Below are positions 58,331 to 64,000 of a stretch of DNA of 64,000 nt, piece by piece (the first letter of the stretch is position 1; each line of letters starts with the position of its first letter). The stretch is taken from IMG/VR virus record IMGVR_UViG_3300044951_001887, positions 5,168 through 69,167 of that record; one strand, written 5' to 3'. The translations under genes and the position numbers were made by a program. Below the pieces are notes generated by a model that was not told where the DNA came from, did not search any database, and saw nothing but the letters and a program-made list of their open reading frames with translations. Source of the stretch: a virus.

Positions 58331-58483
58331 ATGCCGAACTACACCGACCTGTCCACTGACTTTCTCGACGCGATGTTGGATGCGCGAGACGACTTCATGC
58401 CTTCTTTCGCCGAACTCCCGCTTCACACCCAAGAGCGCAAAGACATGCGCAAAGACTTTTATGGATCTTTCCTCGCAGTATGA
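58331..58483 (+). CDS. Small hypothetical protein (50 aa)
   Basis: GAGGT RBS in the repeat module; ATGA overlap with the next gene. Confidence 0.5.
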   Translation: MPNYTDLSTDFLDAMLDARDDFMPSFAELPLHTQERKDMRKDFYGSFLAV

Positions 58484-58728
58484 AACCCATTCCTGAACAC
58501 ATCACACCGATCAAAGTCGACGGCGCCAAACTGGTTGTTTGGCACACGCAGCTCGACGTTGCAGGCTACGAATCCCCAACCGGCGACATTCTCGCAATCA
58601 AGGGTCAGGCGGTATCTGATGAACTGCGCGACATCGTACCGATAGGCACGCAGATTTCATCGCTTGCAAGATACGACCTGACTGAAGCCAAACTCATCGT
58701 CAAGCGCCGATACAACATCGACCTTTAA
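58480..58728 (+). CDS. Hypothetical protein
   Basis: ORF ending before a terminator. Confidence 0.55.
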   Translation: MKPIPEHITPIKVDGAKLVVWHTQLDVAGYESPTGDILAIKGQAVSDELRDIVPIGTQISSLARYDLTEAKLIVKRRYNIDL

Positions 58729-58733
58729 AACGA

Positions 58734-58763
58734 TTGGAGGCACTAAACAAGTGCCTCAATTTT
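58734..58763 (+). terminator. Hairpin terminator
   Basis: GAGGCACT-aaaca-AGTGCCTC-aatttt. Confidence 0.6.
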
Positions 58764-59076
58764 AAGCAACACACAGCCGAGGAATAAACCCTCGCAACCC
58801 TTTGATTCCAAAGGGAATTCTAGCGCCCGCACCCCGCCTAAACGCTTTTGCTTAAATATTAAGCAAACTAGACTCCCAACTGAACTTGAATCGACAAACA
58901 AACAACACAAAACAATCGCAATTAAACGAGCGGGAAGGGCTCAAATTGAAGCGCAAAATATAAACCGATACCGGGAGCAGCAAAAAGACGAAACCCGCTA
59001 GAACGGGCTCAAATCGAATCGAAGCGAATCCAACCTCGAAACGGTAAAATCGAAGAACTGCAAAAACGAGCAAATC

Positions 59077-59316
59077 ATGGAAATCACAGAAGAGATGAGA
59101 GGCAAACTTCCAACGAATTACGAAATCGTAAAGACTGGAACCATTGAAGATGGCGACCTACGATGGAGCAAAATCAGCGAACTCGGTAGATGGATCAAAA
59201 CCGTACACAGAGTAGGAAGCAAAATCGAAAAATGGGATTACCCGACCGCCAAACGTAAACCGGAAACAGAGGCTACGAAGAAACACAGGCTGGAACAAGG
59301 CTGGGGCGAATGGTGA
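59077..59316 (+). CDS. Small protein, C-terminus GWGEW
   Basis: Paralogous to the next ORF (YE.I.TGTI..GD). Confidence 0.55.
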   Translation: MEITEEMRGKLPTNYEIVKTGTIEDGDLRWSKISELGRWIKTVHRVGSKIEKWDYPTAKRKPETEATKKHRLEQGWGEW

Positions 59317-59504
59317 ACGATAGGCCACCACCAGGCTACGAAACAATAACGACAGGCACAATTCAAGCAGGCGACTACAAATATTCCAACAGACAACAGA
59401 AGTGGATAACTGTAGAAGAGAACAACTTGGGTGAAACCATCTGCAAAGCATTCGACATAGCCAGAAAGGAAGAGAACCAAACACCGGATTGGAATAGTTG
59501 GTAA
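59310..59504 (+). CDS. Small protein, C-terminus DWNSW
   Basis: Paralogous to the previous ORF. Confidence 0.55.
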   Translation: MVNDRPPPGYETITTGTIQAGDYKYSNRQQKWITVEENNLGETICKAFDIARKEENQTPDWNSW

Positions 59505-59684
59505 AGAACGAAGAACGACAGGAAGATCAAGAGAAAGAAGAAGAAAGCCAAAGGGAGAAGAAAGACGCGGGTGAAGCCAAAATTAGAAGAAAGACGGAAC
59601 GATGAGAAAAACCGGAACGATAAGGAGAAACGCAATTGGTGGTAATCGGCAACTCCCAGCCCAAGTAATTTTTCGCAGCCATCG

Positions 59685-59713
59685 TTGACAGTCAGTCAGC
59701 ACTGAGCTATATT
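59685..59713 (+). promoter_or_regulatory. Sigma70 promoter with an operator in the spacer
   Basis: TTGACA-17nt-TATATT; the spacer has AGTCA-gcac-TGAGC. Confidence 0.7.
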
Positions 59714-60422
59714 GCTCCCAAATGCTTTGCCCCGCCTTCATGCCGCAGTGGTCCTTGGTGTGTGGGATGTCGGGGAGTCGCTTTTTCTTTCTAGGGGCTT
59801 GTCTTCTTGCCTGTAGGTTACGCTGATACAGAGAAATCTGGTTGGGTACTGACGGTGAAGATAAACTCTCAAACTCCTTGGTGTAACGGGGGTTTGGGGG
59901 CTTATCTTCTTCCGCTAGGTTTCCTTACCAGAGGGCTTTAACACACCATCATCCTTTAACTAGACCTACGTCCAAAATAAGCCAACTCCCAAGTTGGCTT
60001 TTTTCATTTGGAAAAAGGAAAAGAAACTTTACAAGGCAAATGTATGGATTTGGATGCCCAAGGCGAGAAATGGCGGGAAATTTATGTATGGCTGTAGAGC
60101 CACATATTGATGTATGGCTGAGTTGCCGCATTGGCGTATGGCTGAGTTCGCATAGATCCAAGGCGGCTCCAGGAACCCTTTTTTACGCCAAATACACTTT
60201 TACGCCAAATCGCGTTTCCAAATGCCCAAGTCCAAAACTCCCAAGTATTCCTAATCCGGGAGCCGAGGATGGGCCTTGGAAGACGTTTAAAACGCTAAAT
60301 TTACGTCGTTTAGGCGCGTTTAGTTTTCGCGCTAACTTTCAGCTTTCTTTGACCCGGTTCCTACAACCGGTTCATAGAATGTGTTCTGTAGCGACTTGCT
60401 ACAACCCTTTAAGGAATCTGTC

Positions 60423-60578
60423 ATGCGTGATTACTACGTCGTTGTTTTGAAGTCCAACGGTGGTTATGTGTTCGTTTCATCAATGATGCTTTTGGCTGAC
60501 GCAGGTAAGATCGCAGACCAAATGGCAACTGAGTGTCCTACCGCGACGATAAACGTCGAATTCATCTGCAAACAATAA
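60423..60578 (+). CDS. Small hypothetical protein
   Basis: TAAGGA RBS; promoter motif upstream. Confidence 0.45.
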   Translation: MRDYYVVVLKSNGGYVFVSSMMLLADAGKIADQMATECPTATINVEFICKQ

Positions 60579-61385
60579 GCCTAAGTCACCGGTGACGAGC
60601 CAACATCGGGTTGAAATAATTCGTTTGTCGACTTTGACAGCGAATGAAAGTAACCCGATGAAACCCTTTTTTGTTTACCGCGAAGCAAACAAATCTTTGG
60701 CCCAGTTCAAGCGCACGCGCAAGGCGGGATTTTTCGAAACGATGTTTTTCATCTTTGGATTTTGAAATGACAACTCAACTCATTAGGCTTCAAACGAAAT
60801 TCTGCAAGGCGCAGACGCGTGATGAATTGATCACTTTGGCTCAAGACGCGCTCGATACGGTTAGCGCTTTGGAAGGGAAAGTTGGTTTTCGTGATGCACG
60901 CATCGCGCAGTTGGAAAAGCAGATCAAGAATCAAGAAAAACTTCTCGACTTCTACATTTAAGGAAATGCAATGAAATTCGCAAAATCTTACCTTCTCGCC
61001 ATTGTCTCGCTTCTCGCAACATTGGCAATTCTGCCCGCGATGTGGTTTGGACTTTCTCAAAGCAGCGTCGAGCTTTCAGTGGGGCTGGCGCTCACTTTGT
61101 TGGCGATCGCGGTTCTGTGTTTCATTCAGGCTGAAAAGAACCTCATTTGATAGGCGTGACCGCTCTCGTAGGCGGTACGCAGGCCCGTAGGCGTTTCCGA
61201 GGCGTTTGCAGGCTCGTAGGCGAGGCCAGGCTAACTTCCGAGGCACAGACCAGGCTCAGGCGTTCGGGCGGCGTAGGCCAGGCTCAGGCTGTTTCATAGG
61301 CGGCTTCAAGATAAGTCACCGGTGCCTATACTGACGCTTGATACTGTGTGTGTCGCGACGTGCGACGACTTCTTGAGAGCAGACC

Positions 61386-61613
61386 ATGAACACCAAAGCA
61401 ATCGGTAGTTTCAGCAACAACGCAACGGGCCAAAGCGCAACGGTTCGGTTCGACACCGTTCTTCAGGAATACCGCGTCGTGTTCTACGACGCAGATCGGA
61501 ACCACATGAAAGAAGCCGACTACTTCACGACCGAGAAAGACGATGCGATTGGAACCGCGATGCGTTTCGCAAAAGCGAAAGCACCGGGCGCCAACGAACG
61601 CAAGATCGCCTAA
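61386..61613 (+). CDS. Small hypothetical protein
   Basis: Operator and promoter motif upstream. Confidence 0.55.
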   Translation: MNTKAIGSFSNNATGQSATVRFDTVLQEYRVVFYDADRNHMKEADYFTTEKDDAIGTAMRFAKAKAPGANERKIA

Positions 61614-61688
61614 GTCACAACTGACTAGCCTGCAAGGGCTGGTCAAACTAAACCTGTTGCAAATCGCGACAAACCAACCTTCTAGGAA

Positions 61689-61922
61689 ATGACCATGAAC
61701 CAAGCCAATCGCAACGTAGTTGAATCCAACATCCCTTCTGCTGCACCGGTAACGCCTACCACGCTCAAGAGCGGTATGACTCGCCAACAAGAGCGCGAAC
61801 GCGAAGACATCAACGATTGGCTGTGTCTGCAAGAAGACGCAGAGTTGGCTGCGATTCAGCATGAGTACGCCAACAAGCGTGACCGCCAATATCGCAATGA
61901 AGACTGGTCTGCCTATTGCTGA
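61689..61922 (+). CDS. Small hypothetical protein
   Basis: AGGA RBS; operator and promoter motif upstream. Confidence 0.55.
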   Translation: MTMNQANRNVVESNIPSAAPVTPTTLKSGMTRQQEREREDINDWLCLQEDAELAAIQHEYANKRDRQYRNEDWSAYC

Positions 61923-62112
61923 TCTTTCAAAGAGCGGGAGCCAATCCCGCTCGATGTATGGCTGTGATCCTGTCAGTTTGAGAAAGGCTGCGGAGCCACG
62001 TTTGGATATGGCCCGGTTTGCATAGATCCTCGGATTGAAACGGCGCTGTATGGATATGGCTGCATATGGACGTAGAACCACATAGGAGCCCGTAGGAATA
62101 GGCACGTCGGGA

Positions 62113-62178
62113 GGGTGCGCGGGTGAGCGGGTGCGGGTGAGCGGGTGCGGGTGCGGGTGCGGGTGCGGGTGCGGGTGC
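62113..62178 (+). repeat. G-rich tandem repeat (GGGTGC)n with GGGTGAGC variants
   Basis: About 10 GGG tracts read directly. Confidence 0.9.
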
Positions 62179-62404
62179 GCGCGAGTATCAGAGAAAAACA
62201 GGTCTGTCAAGCGTTATTTGCATGTTTCATGAAAATAAATTTCTGTCAAGCTTTTTCGTGGTTCAACCATGCAAAAAAGTATTTTCAAAAACATGCAAAA
62301 AAAAGCTTGCATGGTTGTCGAAAGTATGAAAAAATTCGTTTCGTTGTTGCAGTGCATGAGTTTTTCCCGACCGCTTTGGTCAACTTCTCTTGAAAGGTTT
62401 CAAA

Positions 62405-63040
62405 ATGTCACACGCTAATCTGCCCGTTATCTCTAACTTCTCAAACATCATTCTGAAAGCGCTTGTATCGCGTCAAAATGCGATCGATGCTAGTTCAGCT
62501 TCAATTGAAGCGAAAAATTCGCAGTCTAATCAACTTGCACCCTTATTTGATCGTATGACTGATAATCTCATGAAACAAGCGCGCAAGATTATGGTGCACA
62601 CTGATTTTGAATTAGTCGCAAAAGCGATTAAAACATGCGACGCAAGCGGGAAAGGTATCGAGCAAGTAAAAACCATTGTCAAAATAGTTGACGTTATAGC
62701 GCACGTCTCTCAAGGTGTAAGCGCGAGCGATAACAATTTCAACACTTGCATTAGCGCGATTCTGAAAAATGGTAATAGCGCTAATATCTCAGAATTGATC
62801 GTTGCACAGTCGGGCAAAGCGCGCGAAAGTTGCGCACATAAATGTCGGGAAAGTTTTACCGTTCGCAGCGCTACATACACAATCGGGACGGGTACAAGTC
62901 AGAGCTCACAAGTGAGACAAGTCTTGCGCGTGCTAGGTTTTGCGACGGCTCAAAAGGGTAAAAAAGACGATACGCTTACAATGCTCGATTATGGTGTCAA
63001 TTTATTAGCGCCGTTTTATAGCGAATTAAAAGCGAAATAA
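62405..63040 (+). CDS. Hypothetical protein with atypical codon usage
   Basis: 211-aa ORF; AAGG RBS. Confidence 0.65.
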   Translation: MSHANLPVISNFSNIILKALVSRQNAIDASSASIEAKNSQSNQLAPLFDRMTDNLMKQARKIMVHTDFELVAKAIKTCDASGKGIEQVKTIVKIVDVIAHVSQGVSASDNNFNTCISAILKNGNSANISELIVAQSGKARESCAHKCRESFTVRSATYTIGTGTSQSSQVRQVLRVLGFATAQKGKKDDTLTMLDYGVNLLAPFYSELKAK

Positions 63041-63051
63041 TTCGATTAATC

Positions 63052-63075
63052 GGGTAAGTCAATAATGACTTACCC
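63052..63075. promoter_or_regulatory. Extended palindromic operator GGGTAAGTCA-ataa-TGACTTACCC
   Basis: Best copy of the window-wide AGTCA-N4-TGACT motif. Confidence 0.8.
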
Positions 63076-63109
63076 TTTTTAATTAACTAATCTATTAAAG
63101 GTTATTATC

Positions 63110-63316
63110 ATGAAAAACCCGATTGCAATAAAACAGAATTTAGAATCTGCGATTAGCGAATATGGTTTTTATAAAATCGCGAATATGATTCAAGAGTTAT
63201 TTAATTCAAATTCGTTTTCTTATAATCGCACATCTACCTTATTTCGTATTATGCGTAGAATGTATATTCGCAATTATAGTTATTCGATTATTCCCGATTA
63301 TTTAATATTAAAATAA
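63110..63316 (+). CDS. Small AT-rich hypothetical protein
   Basis: AAGG RBS; terminator follows. Confidence 0.45.
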   Translation: MKNPIAIKQNLESAISEYGFYKIANMIQELFNSNSFSYNRTSTLFRIMRRMYIRNYSYSIIPDYLILK

Positions 63317-63335
63317 TCAATTAATCAATTCTAAT

Positions 63336-63361
63336 AAGCGCGCTTTAATAGCGCGCTTTTT
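63336..63361 (+). terminator. Rho-independent terminator
   Basis: AGCGCGCT-ttaat-AGCGCGCT-TTTT. Confidence 0.7.
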
Positions 63362-63646
63362 GTTGTCTGTATGTATCGCACTATGCGCACCATAAGCGAA
63401 TGATGCAGCAAGGTATCTATAAGCGCGCATAGCGCACGCTAAGCGCTATACCCTTGCGATGGTATCGGTTAGCTAAGCGCGTGCACTATGCGCGATCGTG
63501 ACGCGTTTACCTTGATCTGATATTCATTCTCGTTTGAGACCGAACCCTTAGAAACCCGCAAAAGACCGGGTGGCCCTGCCTTCCTCGTTCCGGGATCAAA
63601 AACATCAATCCTTAGATTTCCAGGGGCCAACTCAAAAACATCATCC

Positions 63647-63895
63647 TTAGACTTCCAACTTCAACGCTTCCCTGCCGGCTTCCGTGATTTCGACAGTCTG
63701 ACTCCAATCGAAGTCACTCTCTGGATCTTCATCGGTGAAGTAGAGAAGACCCAACTTCTCCAGCTTCCTATAAACGGCCAGACTCGGAATTGGGAGTCCA
63801 AATATATCCCGCGTTGTCTTGTCAGGAATGCGATAAGCGAATTCAGACCTGACGGCAGTCTCTAGCGCGGCTATTTGGGCTTCAGAGAGTTTCAT
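63647..63895 (-). CDS. Winged-helix-like small protein
   Basis: MKLSEAQ..AL..KLEKLGLL..ITEAGREAL. Confidence 0.6.
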   Translation of the reverse strand: MKLSEAQIAALETAVRSEFAYRIPDKTTRDIFGLPIPSLAVYRKLEKLGLLYFTDEDPESDFDWSQTVEITEAGREALKLEV

Positions 63896-64000
63896 TTGTC
63901 TAAGTAGATCGCTGGCTTTCTAAAAGTCTATTGCTCTTGATCAGGAAAAACATCATCACGCTGGGTATGGTTGTCATTGCGAAGGACCAGGCAACCCAAA

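Noticed and set aside
56014-58496. Family of proteins starting MKSLKR
   Set aside because: The ATG lies within the repeated promoter module, upstream of the RBS; the real starts are downstream
61326-62393. 294-aa - strand ORF and the MRVRVRV ORF
   Set aside because: Both derive from the GGGTGC repeat; the - strand ORF also lies antisense to better-supported + strand genes

Overview
This window is 64 kb of a large temperate phage or phage-plasmid, with gene content and order reminiscent of SSU5/pHCM2-type elements. No virion structural genes are present. Almost all genes are on the + strand. From left to right: metallophosphoesterase, PhoH, an Hfq-like protein, helicase, primase and DNA ligase; an attP-like tRNA-Val 3' fragment with tyrosine integrase, excisionase and repressor; a CobT/CobS-like VWA/AAA+ pair; a sigma-like factor; DnaE fused to a UDG-like domain; UvsY-like, gp32-like SSB, 5'-3' exonuclease, RecA, SbcCD, RuvC and class II RNR genes; a tRNA cluster with a circularly permuted two-piece tmRNA; ThyX, dUTPase, RNA ligase, DnaQ, an HD hydrolase and a T7 gp0.7-like kinase; and finally an array of small genes behind repeated promoter modules. 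Eight free-standing HNH/GIY-YIG endonuclease genes are interspersed. The most notable observations are: (1) an HNH gene in the tmRNA locus whose C-terminus is a second copy of the tmRNA degradation tag; (2) several endonucleases that duplicate the terminus of their neighbouring gene; (3) about 10 small proteins sharing a C-terminal [W/F]-G-x-W-like motif; (4) about 40 AGTCA-N4-TGACT operators; (5) about 25 copies of a non-canonical CCWR-N11-(-10) promoter-like motif. All calls come from reading the sequence by eye; no database searches were run.
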